This document shows, in pieces, positions 1 through 11,758 of a stretch of DNA of 64,000 nucleotides. The stretch is from Octopus vulgaris. Taxonomy: Eukaryota. The notes beneath the pieces are model-generated. The model made no database searches. It was not told the origin of the DNA and saw nothing but the letters and a program-made list of their open reading frames with translations. How positions within the stretch are numbered: the stretch's first letter is position 1; the number at the start of each line of letters is the position of its first letter. The stretch covers positions 111,352,001 through 111,416,000 of the forward strand of contig OX597817.1 of assembly GCA_951406725.2 (NCBI GenBank), given 5' to 3'. A program made the position numbers and the translations under genes.

Positions 1-152
1 TTACTTGACAACCGATGCTGGTGTGTTTACGTCCCCGTAACGTAGCAGTTTGGCAAAAGAGACCGATAGAATAAGTACTAGGCTTAAAAAGAATAAGTCC
101 TGGCCAGCATGGCCACAGTCAGATGACTGAAACAAATAAAAGAGTAAAGAGC
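1..152 (+). mobile_element. tRNA-derived SINE family A, 3' half (cut by window edge)
   Basis: cttgacaaccgatgctggtgtgtttacgtccccgtaac...gatagaataagtactaggctt...tgactgaaac...aaaagagtaaagag matches the 3' halves of the copies at 6040, 26025 and 61020. Confidence 0.85.
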
Positions 153-1788
153 AATAGATTTATAAAAAATAAAGTAGGTGTAGCAACTGTTTTGTAGAAA
201 ATGAGAATTTTGATTACTAATAGCATGGAGTTGTTTAACTTATTGTTACTGTTGTGCTTATTTTCATTTCATTTTTTATAACTCTGTTGCACCAAATGAT
301 TCATATTCTTAAAAACCTCGTCATAATTAATTTGATGTTGCTATTTTTTAAAACTCTATTATTTAAATTTATGACAGAGTGTGTATATTCTAGAATGTAG
401 CACTTTGCCTGGATAGAAGTCAGCTTTCAAGAAACCATGTCTGCAATCTAGTTTTAATTTCCTTTGTAGCTATTTTATTTCACTTATGTTGTTAATGCTT
501 ATGGAGAAAGGCTTGGCTTTACTAGAAAGGTTTGGCCTTTACTCTTTTATTATACCTTTCCCCTCTAGTTCACTTTACTTCATGCCTACTCTTAAAATGA
601 GTAATGAGGAAACCAGTCTTGTGTGTCTCCTCTGATCTGCAATACTAGAACAGATTCTAGCTACACCCAGAAACAATATATTTTTTGAAATAAGAAGCAT
701 GAAATAAGATAGCAGATCCAGTTTTCTGTCAAAAATCAGCTGCTTTAAAAGCAACTAAATATCATCAATCATTGTTGATTGTGCTTACAGGCACAATAGA
801 AGATCTGTTTGGCTCAGTTTAACATTTAATTTTACTGATCATATTAATATAATTTCAAGCATTTGTCCTAAATTTGGTATTATCTGATTGTCATGCTGAT
901 AAATTATAGTTTTTAATTTTTATGAAAAGCTGCAAAGAAACATATACGTTAGATTTTATAATAATTTAGATAGTCATTATTTCATTATGGTTTATGTGTT
1001 GTTTTAAATTTGTAAGAAATTAGCTGAAATTGCTTTCGATAATTTATACAAAATATCTAGTATTCTTTGGAGAAAATATTCAGGGACAGACAACTTCATT
1101 TAGTCGACTCTTCTTATTTATGTCACTCTAAAAACATTCTTATCCATAGCATCTTCTAATAATTTTTGCCTGAATTATCTAAACAGTATTATCTTGATCT
1201 TTATCATTGTGAGTCAGAAAATGCGTAAATGGTAAATTCCTTCTATCATGGTAGCTGGATTGTTGGATGATAACCGTATGGAAATCTTTATTTTATGCAT
1301 GTGCATAAATTACTTGCATTCATTATTACAGTTTTACATTGATAAATACTATTGTATTTTTGGTGTGTTATTCATTATATATTTTGTTACTTCCTGCATG
1401 AATCAAATAAGCAAGATTTTTTCTGAACAAAGTGTTTACATCGAAAATATCCAAAGATCTTTGACTTTGAATAATATGTGGAGATCCTCACTGGTAAAAA
1501 ATTTCCATCATTACATGACACACACACACACACACACACTCTCTCTCTCTCCTTTCTCCCCGCCTCTCTCTCACACACACACAGCTTGTAGAAAATTCTG
1601 CTGTGACATTGGATCTAATCATTACCACCCACCTCTATTATCTCATTAATATCTCTTACCAGCACTGTCATTCCACTTCAGTCACAACCAGCCAAAGTGT
1701 TTAATGTTACACATTGGACTTTAATCCCATATGGCTTCCTGTTTGACAACAAAACACAAAACAAACCCAATATCAGAGTAAAGATTAT

Positions 1789-1930
1789 TTGCCAACATAA
1801 CATGGCAGTCCTGGTTTAGGATGAATGTTGCTATAATTTAGCCCTAGGAGACATCGTCTCCAGCTGGCTATATGACACGATCTGTCTCCTGGGGCTAAAT
1901 TAAACCAAGACTGCCATGTTATGTTGGCAA
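1789..1930. repeat. Foldback inverted duplication
   Basis: ttgccaacataacatggcagtcctggttt (1789-1817) is near-complementary to aaaccaagactgccatgttatgttggcaa (1902-1930). Inner arms are aatttagccctaggagaca and tgtctcctggggctaaatt. Confidence 0.85.
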
Positions 1931-2520
1931 GTGCCTAAAACATCAAGCAAAGAATATAAGTAGCGATCATGATACACACCATGAAGAAATGATCAAGCTC
2001 AATAACAATCTATTAAGCAACAACTACCCCAAAGACATACTATCCACTCCAGTTATAAAGAAAAGAGAGGATGAAACCAATAAACTGTCCACAGTCTGTC
2101 TACCTTATGTGAAAGGCCTCTCCCAAAAGATACAAAAGATATGTGACCCACATGACATCAAGACTGTATTCAAGAGTTATACAACTCTTCACAAATATCT
2201 CCTTTGAGTAAAACCACCAACAGAAGACAATATGATCAAAGACTGCATGTACTCCATCCCATGCAGCTGTGGTAGGTTATACAAACATCACAAAGCTGTG
2301 ACACGAGGAGATATTGATAAATCGGGTATAGCTGATCATGTATGAAAAAATGGAGACCACCTCCCCCTGTAGGATGAAGTTAAAATAATAAGCAGAGAAC
2401 ACCACTGGAAAATATGAAAACTAAAAGCACATATACTAGGACACAACAACCTCCTAAGCAGATATGAGTAGCATATGGGAACCAGTATTAAGGAAGGATA
2501 GGAAAATATTAGATTTATAA

Positions 2521-2595
2521 GCCCTAAAATGGCATAGTAGTTAAGAACGTGGGCTACTAACCTCAAGATTCTGAGTTCGATTCCAAGCAGTAACT
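2521..2595 (+). promoter_or_regulatory. tRNA-like cassette (Pol III A and B boxes) just after the PLE ORF
   Basis: A-box-like TGGCATAGTAG (2530-2540), anticodon-arm-like gtggg-ctactaa-cctca, and B box GTTCGATTCC (2575-2584). It is not an intact tRNA. Confidence 0.65.
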
Positions 2596-2673
2596 TGAAT
2601 AATAATAATAATAATGATAATAATGACATTGAAAAATATCTTAGAAATGAGAACCAAGGTTTGAAATTTCCCC

Positions 2674-2722
2674 AAGACACTTGATGAAGGCTGGAGGGTA
2701 TATAAGCCAAAACATTGTGTTA
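2674..2722 (+). ncRNA. Degenerate minimal type I hammerhead ribozyme
   Basis: acac-(T)TGATGA-a-GGCT..AGCC-(A)AAA-catt-gtgt: stem I acac/gtgt, stem II ggct/agcc. The core departs from CTGATGA/GAAA by transitions, so this copy is probably inactive. Confidence 0.6.
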
Positions 2723-2776
2723 ACGACAAACAAGATGAGGACAAATAAACCCGTCAAATGTAAATAATGAGAAATA

Positions 2777-2877
2777 GAAGTGTCTTGTTCAAAGACACAA
2801 TGCACTTCCAGGGATCAAACTCACAACCTTCCAGTTGTGAGCCAAATACCCCTAACCACTAAGCCATATGCCTTCAC
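2777..2877 (-). mobile_element. tRNA-head SINE fragment (family C head)
   Basis: Reverse strand gaaggcatatggcttagtggttaggg...gtgagtttgatccc...gtgtctttgaacaagacact resembles the head of 16425-16732. Confidence 0.65.
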
Positions 2878-3258
2878 CTTCACATGTATACCACTGGTAC
2901 TGAGAAACTCAGTTCAAATAAGTAAAAACATTCATTGAAGGAGATTTTACATGGTCACTCCAGTTGCTAGAAATAGTGGCCAAATCTTCAAATCACATTT
3001 TACCATCTTAAGAGAAAATGATCATATTGGACAATGTCATTCTAAAATCATTAAAATCTGAAAGGTATGAGTTATTGCAAGATTAATTCAGAAAATGAGA
3101 ATAAATGGATCTTATATCTGAATGCTAAAGGGCTAACCACACCAGTATCCCTGTTACAATATTCTATGATGTTAATTATGCTTATGATTTAAAATTGTAT
3201 GATTCAACAAAGTAAAAAGAAAAGGAAATACTAATTAAAGCATTTACTATTTTATTAT

Positions 3259-3460
3259 TGTTGTGTGGATGCCCCCACTCAATAAGTAGGCTAGTCCAAT
3301 ACATATAAATAGTGGATGTGATAGCTAGATGGGAAGCATCGCATAGAGTGAGCCAGAGCCGTAGGTAGACTAGACATCGAGTCAGCAGAAGTGAGAGTTC
3401 GGTAGTTGAGTAGAGGTACGTTATTGGCGAAGGCACGCCATCCGAACGTGTGATATAACA
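3259..3460. mobile_element. Solo LTR (202 bp) with 5-bp TSD
   Basis: TGTT...AACA termini flanked by ATTAT (3254-3258 and 3461-3465). It has an internal TATA-like tataaata and is CpG-rich against a CpG-poor background. Confidence 0.7.
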
Positions 3461-4129
3461 ATTATCATATACAATATTAACAGCTGTAGTAAACTCTAAA
3501 CATTAATAGTTCATTCTGTTGTCTAAGTACATGCTCGAATTGTCTATAATCAAAGATGTTTTAAATGGATGCAAATTCAGACCATAAATCTCCTTGAGAG
3601 CTTAACTGTTTTAATAAGGACCACCCAGTTTATAATGTTACCAGTCACTATCAATTATGAAGTATATTAAATATAAATATTGTATCTCTTGGTGTTGTCA
3701 TGTCAAAGAAAGGAGCATCTAAAGCAAATGAAAAGAGAAGCTTAAAATGGTGTGAAGTAGTGTGTGTGTGTGTGTGAGTGAGTGAGTGTAGTTGACAAAT
3801 ACATGACAGACTAGTGAGCCAGTTTAGCCCCTGTCTACTACTAGACAAACATTTCTCTGGAGCATATCTTACACTAACAATTGAAATCTCTTTCATAACA
3901 GTGGGAGGACAGGTTGTCACTAAATGAATCCCTATCTGTTCAGACTATCAGAAAACTGGATGGACTGGTTGACATCTCTCATTTGCAGTGCCTTTATATT
4001 TTGATGAAAAATAATGGTCCCTATACCTCTTAACTATATTTAAATTTAGAATTAGTGAGTGAGAATTAATAGATGTCGGTACTGCCATGAATGTGGAGCA
4101 AGTGGACTCAAACATCCAGTATCCAGTGA

Positions 4130-4357
4130 TATAAGAGTGCTAGTTAAACAAAAACTTATGATCATAGAAAACTAAAAGGACACACACACGTATATACATA
4201 TATGATGGGCTTCTTTCAGTTTTCGTCTACCATATCCACTTGCAAGGCTTTAGTCAGCTTGTGGCTATTGTAGAAGACACTTACCCAAGGTACCACACAG
4301 TGGGACTGAACCAGGAACCATATGGTTGAAAAGCATGCTTCTTACCACACAGTCACA
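4130..4357 (-). mobile_element. SINE family A, 5' part
   Basis: Reverse complement of the tRNA-like head plus ccttgggtaagtgtcttctac...tagacgaaaactgaaagaagccc. Confidence 0.8.
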
Positions 4358-4940
4358 CGTGTGCCATTATTCATTATTTGGATAAATGTTTCTGCAAAAT
4401 TGGCTCTCTTTATTTACTTTTGGTATTACCCATTTCCATTCTTAGATTGGCTGTTAGATATTTTGTTCCATATTTCTCAGCAACATATATTTGATTTTAT
4501 TTATTATAATCATAATCTGCTACCAGCTCATCACCTTCTTCTCAATACGACACAGAACCCTCTGTTTTACAAAGAACACTTGAAGATCTCTACAATTTAA
4601 CTATACTCATAATTCTTATTCTCAGAACTTAATCTCTCCCTTGGACTGTTTATAGTACATCAAATGATGTTAGACAAACTTATTTCAGAGCTATTAAGCA
4701 GGTATTTTTCTCTCCCTCTCCTCATCCTTGGTTGTCGCTATTTTCTTCTCCAACCAGACATCCAGAGCTTTCATGCTAAAAATATTACCTACTCAGTTTT
4801 GATCTTTCTCATTAAATATTATCACTGAAAATGGACTCTAAAGTACACACTTTGTGACTGGATAACTCAACACATGTCATATGATAGGGGTTGGAACAGT
4901 GCCTCAATATCTTTGTTTTTATTTTCACTTTTTTTATCAT

Positions 4941-5014
<74 letters not shown>

Positions 5015-5030
5015 GGTGAGAGAGAGAGAA
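4941..5030. repeat. Compound (TG)n(AG)n(AAAG)n microsatellite
   Basis: Directly visible. Confidence 0.95.
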
Positions 5031-5848
5031 ATTTAATAGTTTGTTGCTAAAATAATAAGCAATAAACTTTTATATAAACACTATCTTTCAGGAAAGAAAA
5101 TTAACTGATACTTCTACAAAGAGAACATTCAATATAATTTTTGTCTTCAGACTGCATTTACATATGTATTTTGACATGCACGTATATAAAAGTACACACA
5201 TGCACACACTTTCATACAGGTACACACACTCTGAGATACTCTATATACCTGTATACATGTGTAAACAAACGACAAGACCAAAGCATCCATGTACATACAT
5301 ATTTCTACGAAAATAACCCTATTTCATCATGCTTAACTTTTCTGCAAGACTTTGAGCTTCTCTTGCCCAGCACTTTAAATGTAATTCAAAACATTTTCCA
5401 GGAAGTTGTTGCTAATACAATTGTCATTATCTATAGTCATTTTTGTTAGGAGTGCCACCATCACTGCTATGGTGATGACATTAGTGGTGGTGGTGGTGGC
5501 AGCAGCAGTAGTAGTAGTAGTAGTAGTAGGGTTGCCAAGAAAAGAATCAAACTCAGCATCTTTGGAAATTTTTACATTATAAGAATTACTCATTCACTCC
5601 ATATTACTCTCTCTCTCTCTCACCACCCTCTCCCTTTGTCTCTAACTCTTTCATATTACTTGTGATTCTCTAATAATAGATAATTATGTCTGTCTTGTGA
5701 TCTTCTTTCTCTTTATCTAACAGCTGATCTATAATCTAGTGCCATGGAAATAGGTTGAATTGCTAAATCATAATGTCAACTTGTACTAAAAATGTGTGCG
5801 TGTGCATCTGTGAGATATATATATATCACAGATGTGTGTGTGTGTGTG

Positions 5849-5896
<48 letters not shown>

Positions 5897-6039
5897 GGAG
5901 GGGTGCATATCTATAGTGTGTATGGATATATGTCATCTTTTTTCATCCTCTGCTGGTGTGGTTGTACAAGCATGAACATATAAACAGACAGCTGTGAACT
6001 TATGAGAATCACACCTTTCATGTTCATACATAAATTTCA

Positions 6040-6420
6040 CATGAGTGGCTGTGTGGTAAGTAGCTTGCTTATGAACCACATAGTTCCTGGTTCAGTCCCA
6101 CTGCATGACACCTTGGGCAAGTGTCTTCTACTATAGCTTCGGGCAGACCAAAGCCTTGTGAGTGGATTTGGTAGACGTATATATGTATGTATGTATGTGT
6201 GTGTGTATATATTTGTGTCTGTGTTTGTCCCCTGAACGTCGCTTGACAACCGATGCTGGGGTGTTTATGTCCCCGTAACTTAGCAGTTCAGCAAAAGAGG
6301 CTGATAGAATAAGTACTAGGCTTACAAAGAATAAGTCCTGGGGTCGATTTGCTCGACTAAAGGCGGTGCTCCAGCTTGGCCACAGTCAAATGACTGAAAC
6401 AAGTAAAAGAGTAAAGAGTA
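6040..6420 (+). mobile_element. SINE family A, near full length
   Basis: tRNA-like head (tggctgtgtggtaag...ggttcagtccc), central ccttgggcaagtgtcttc, internal (TA/TG) microsatellite and aaaagagtaaagagta tail. At least 6 copies occur in the window. Confidence 0.9.
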
Positions 6421-7589
6421 CAAATTTGCAAACATACATGTATGTACACATATTGTAAATGACAGGATGTGTGTGTTAGGGTAGAGCAAGTTATTCTATG
6501 AACATGTTCTTCTAACTGCTGTCTACCATAAAAAATAGGGAATCAGAGAATGTTGTTTGCCATCAACTAGCTTCCTGTCCAGGAGGTGAAGTTTTACATA
6601 CTCCTCTACTGTCATTCAGAAAGGTGTGAAAAGCTAAATTTCTATCTCATACTCATCGAAATCTGTAAGACTGACCAGCCAATAATGGTCTCGCATTATA
6701 AAATGTATACTAGCAGGTGGAATAAATATTGACCCTTGAAGTCATGTGTGTGTGTTAAAGTTCTTACACTACACTTTTCAAAAAGCATTTGCTGTGAAAT
6801 TAACATGAATGTTAATACATCTTATTCTCTTTGCACATAGGAAAATAAAGGAAATTGTCCTGATATGCTTCATGGTACATTAACCATTCTTCAGAGGATG
6901 CCCAAACACATTTGCACATATGCATTCTCTCTCTCTCTCTCCCCCTCTCTCTCTATCTCTCTCTCTGACACACACACACACACACACACACATAAAGTGT
7001 CCAGAGAAGTCTGTAATAATAAAACAAGTTATTCAGAAGTAGTAAAGGCTTAGAGTATTCACATATAAATATAAAAAGTCTCTGGGATAGACTCTGCAGT
7101 GTTTAGACAGCACAAAAAAAATTAAGATTAAAGGATACAAACAGTGTTTCATTTTTTTCAATTCATATCTCCCATTGTGACCTATCCTCATGACCCATCC
7201 CACCTCCCTGTCCTTCAGTAACTCACAGAATTCCTCCCTTGTCTGTTTCTCCCTTTCTGATCTCCCCCTCCCTCACATCATTCATCCATACTCACCCTTA
7301 AAATGTAGGATAGCCTTAGACCCAGCCCACACAACCTACCTTACCTTTCTGGCCCTTCCTTTCTTGCTACACCCTAATGCTAATCCCTTCCTTCCCTTTT
7401 TCCTATTCCCTGCTATACTCTCTCCCCCCTCTCTCTCAATAGTGCCTAATCTGTTACTCTCTCAACTATTACTTTCTCACAGCTATGAATCTGTTGCTCT
7501 CATCAGCCTAAAATCATTGCACTCCTCTTCTATTTTCCTTTTGTTAAAGGGGCCACTTTAAACCATTAGTTTTGCACATTGCAAGACAA

Positions 7590-7780
7590 CCTTCTTTAGG
7601 TCAGTGTCATGGAAAAAGTACTCAGTGTACTCTGTAAAGTGGTTGCCATCAAAAAAGGTATCCAGCTGTAAAAACCATCCCAAAGCAGATATTGGAGCAC
7701 AATATGGTCCTTCAACTTGTTGGACCCTGTTGAACTGTTCAACCCATGCCACAATGGAAGGTGGACATTAATGATAATGG
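7590..7780 (+). mobile_element. Short repeat with RTE-like 3' tail (family D)
   Basis: gtggttg..aaggtatccagctgtaaaaacc..aacccatgcc..atggaaggtggacattaatgataatg, shared with the copies at 10385, 33505 and 58356. Confidence 0.65.
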
Positions 7781-7890
7781 ATGCACATAACTAAACTATG
7801 AAGCAACATCTCCATTACCTCTGACTTATTATCAATTAATTAGTTAGTTCTTTATTTATTTATTCATATGCACATTTTTCTTCTCTTAAT

Positions 7891-8284
7891 TCTTTTATTC
7901 TTTTGCTTCAATCATTTGACTGCAGCCATGCTGGAGCACCACCTTGAAGGGTTTTAGTCGAACAAATCAACCCCAAGGCTTATTTCTTAAGCCTAGTACC
8001 TATTCTATCAGTCTCTTTTGCCAAACTACTGAGTTACATGGACGTAAACACACTGACACTGGTTGTTAAGCAGTGATGAGGGGAGGAACACAGGCACAAA
8101 GGCACACACAAAGGTACATGTATACATATACGACGAGCTTCTTTCAATTTCCATCTACTAAATCCACTCATGAGGCTTTGGTCAGCCCGAGGCTATAGTA
8201 GAAGACACTTGCCCAAGGTGCCATGCAGTGGGACTGAAACTGGGACCATGTGCTTGGGAAGCAAGCTTCTTAACACATAGCCAG
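7891..8284 (-). mobile_element. SINE family A, near full length, inverted
   Basis: Reverse complement of the 6040-6420 pattern. Confidence 0.9.
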
Positions 8285-9607
8285 AGCAATAAGAGTTTGT
8301 TTTGATGTGTTTCATGGTTTGTTGACACCCTCTCACACACACACACATCTTTTTCTTCTACCATGATAATTTATATATAACATTCATACACATTATACAT
8401 GTATGTTTATCTTTTCCTCCTAGCATGATAATTAAAAAATGTTCTTTTCTCCACCCCATTCTTATTCAGACTCCTCTGACAATCACTACTAAGTTTTGTT
8501 TACATTTTCTCTCAGTAAAAGAAATTTTAGAATAATTATTACGTATATGTGTTTTAGGTAATTATCATGGCAATGGAGAAGTAGAATAATTGGATATTGA
8601 AGAAAATACCTTACAGTATTTAATTACAACCATTTAGATTTTAAGTTCAAACCCTAAGATCAATTTTGTCTTTCATCTTTCCAAGGTCAATAAAATAAGT
8701 ACCAGTCAAATTCTGGGATCAGTGTAGTTTTTTTTATTCTTTCCCTGCTTCAATTTATGGGGCTGATCACTTGTTGGGAGATAGCTTTGAACACCAAAAG
8801 GTCAAACAAATCTATCTCTACAAAGGCATAGAATAGATAAAAAAAAAACAATTATTGTAGATGATTATCATCAACTCCACAATATAGCTGTTTCTAGAAT
8901 ATATTTTGCATTTACTATTGTTGTTGTTGCTTAGCTCCAGGTCAACCCTGATTGGGCAGACTTATGATCAAAGACATTCCCATATGACCACACCATTTTT
9001 TTTTTTGTATCTCTGTCTATTTTGTTCAAAGTATCCCTTTTTTTCTCTCTTTTACTCCAGTGTCTAACCACTTGTTTCATAGGTTAGTGTTTAAGTTATT
9101 AAAATCAGGCTCCTAAGGTTGAGGGTTTGATTTTGGGACCAAGTAGCCTATTGTATCTTTGGTCAAGGCACTTCATTTCACATGACTCCAATCCACTCAG
9201 ATGAAAGTGAGTCATGTCTACTTTTGAGTGGCACTTTGCAGGCCATTACACCAAAATCTTACAAATTTCAAGATGTTCAAGACCCTTAATGACTATATCA
9301 GACTAGATCATGACAGTGTGATATGAGTAGGACTGAGGGATCACACTGAGGCATCATTATTGGCACATTTCATATAGTGTTCTCTAATGAATCAATAGAT
9401 TTAGATTAAAGGGATTTTTTTTTTAAGTACAACTTTTTTTACCTATATTTTCTTCTTTCTTTCTCTGATATTTTCTCTCTAACTGAATTGCATCCATAAT
9501 TTTTACCATATTTATTCATATTGTTTTTATTATTTTTTTTATTAAAGTCTCTGAGTAGGCTTCCAAATATAGAAAGATGTCGAGTAGTTCTCACTTTTTT
9601 TGTGTGC

Positions 9608-9732
<125 letters not shown>

Positions 9733-11720
9733 GACAGTATTCTTAGAACTATTATAGTATAGATGATAATGTGTATTGTGGAGGGGGAGCGAGAGGGAGA
9801 GAGAGAGAGAGCATCTGTGTATGTGTGTTCCTCCTGAAACATATGTAGGAAAGAACTAGTTACTGTCTATTCATATTGTCCATTCAGTTTAACATTGATG
9901 CCCCCTCAATTGTTTCAGTCTTCTTTTGACATTCTTCATCACCAATAGCAATTCCAAAGAAAGCCAGTCTCTGTTACTTAAATGTCAAATGTTAATCTGT
10001 CATTTTCAGTGGTTTTAGCAAAATAAAGTCACTAAGGTCATGTTTTTTTCTCTTTGGTTTATAAACATACAAAGCCTTTCTTTACATTTTGTTATATTGG
10101 TTAAAGAAAATTTATCTATAGTTTGATATATCAAATACTTTTCTCTGCTTTGCATTACATATTCTTTGATTTCTTCCCACCCCTCATTCTGTCCATCCTT
10201 TAAACCAATGTATCTTTCACTATGTTGTCATAACTGTCATTATAACTATGTTATAGCTGCAACCATATACCTGTTCTAGTTAGTGATATTTGTGTTAGAA
10301 TAAATATTTGCACCAACCAACCAACCAACCAACCAACAAGTAACTATAACAATTTGATGTTTTCTTTACAGACAAAGAATCTTTGTCTTTCAAGTTACTT
10401 GGTGACCTCCACTAGTGCTGGTGTCACATAAAAAGCATCCAGTCAATACTGTAAAGTGGTTGGCATTTGGAAGGGCATCCAGCTATAAAAACCATGCTAT
10501 TTTTCTAAATTTAGAGTTTCTAAGAAAATGTTATCCCATGTATCCTTCCTTTTAAAGTTGATATGGCGAGATTTAAGGGAAATGTGGTTGATATTACTAG
10601 CATGCTGAGTAACTGCATGCAGGCACTTTTATTGGCTTGAGAAGTAAAAAGATGGATCGGATTGGGAAACTTGAAGTGGAAGCCAGATGATGGAGAAAAG
10701 AGCTGAGTAAATCATTAGTTTGAAGCAGATTCTTAAGTGGGAGGAAACACAGAAATTGTCTTTTATCATCAGGAATATATTTTATGTAACATTTCCTTAA
10801 AAATAGTGACTGCAGATAAAAAGACTATGGAAATACAACAAACACATTTATTGTTCTGTAGCTATTTATATGTTTGCCTCACTAAACTATCTGACATTTT
10901 CTTCTCTTTATCTCTTCCTCTTTTCTACATACAAACACGCATAAATGAAGCAAAAATAATTCTATACTGGATCAGTATAGATTTTTCTGTATAATTTATC
11001 CTGTAATAACATCTTTCTAACTGTCAATACAAATATTTATGAAAGAAAAAAAATATCTTTGTTGTGTTTAAACTATGTCAAAGGATATTTTTATAAGATT
11101 TTATTTATAAACAAATGTTTGTGTGTATAGGTATGTAAGGTGATGTATGTTCAGCTGTGTGTGTAAATATGTGTATATATATATGTATGTAGTTAGACAT
11201 TTTTGTATATACTTGCACACACACACACACACACATTTATATTAAGTAATTCAACAAATGTTCCCATAAGGGTAGTTTATTTGCAATTTTATGTGGTATT
11301 GCATAAGAAGATACTGCAATAATGATAGAGTTTGGCCATTGCTTGTCTAAGATTTAAATGATATTAATAAGAAGAGCAAATCCTACCAAACTCAACTTCT
11401 TACTCTTCATCCTTCCTTTCTGAGTGGACAACTGAAGCACCTGTAAAGTACTGAAGTTGATTTAATTTGAATGTTCCCCCTGCTAAATGCGTGGCAGGGT
11501 CTACAGTAGAAATCATTATATATAAGAAGAGTGTATCAGTGAAATAAGTAGTGAACATATACAGAGATTAATTCACTACATAATATCCTACAATAGTCTT
11601 GTATTTATATACATCCTACTTTTTTTCCTCTTTAGCAAGCTGATTCATATCTCAGTCTCAATTCTATCATGTTGCATTTTCACATCAATTGACAAACCTC
11701 TTAAGAAAAGCGGGAGAGCA

Positions 11721-11758
<38 letters not shown>

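Larger units (their letters stand above)
1931..2770 (+). mobile_element. Penelope-like retroelement relic: RT C-terminus, GIY-YIG endonuclease and 3' region
   Basis: Translation reads AKNISSD..HEEMIKLNNNLLSNNYP..LPYVKGLSQKIQKIC..IKTVFK..DCMYSIPCSCGRLY..KSGIADHV..WEPVL with stops and deletions. These match typical PLE NGYP, LPY and VYxIPCxCGxxYIG motifs. Confidence 0.85.

Noticed and set aside
2521-2595. Functional tRNA gene
   Set aside because: No proper acceptor stem and embedded in a retroelement. The SINE heads elsewhere are likewise only tRNA-derived.
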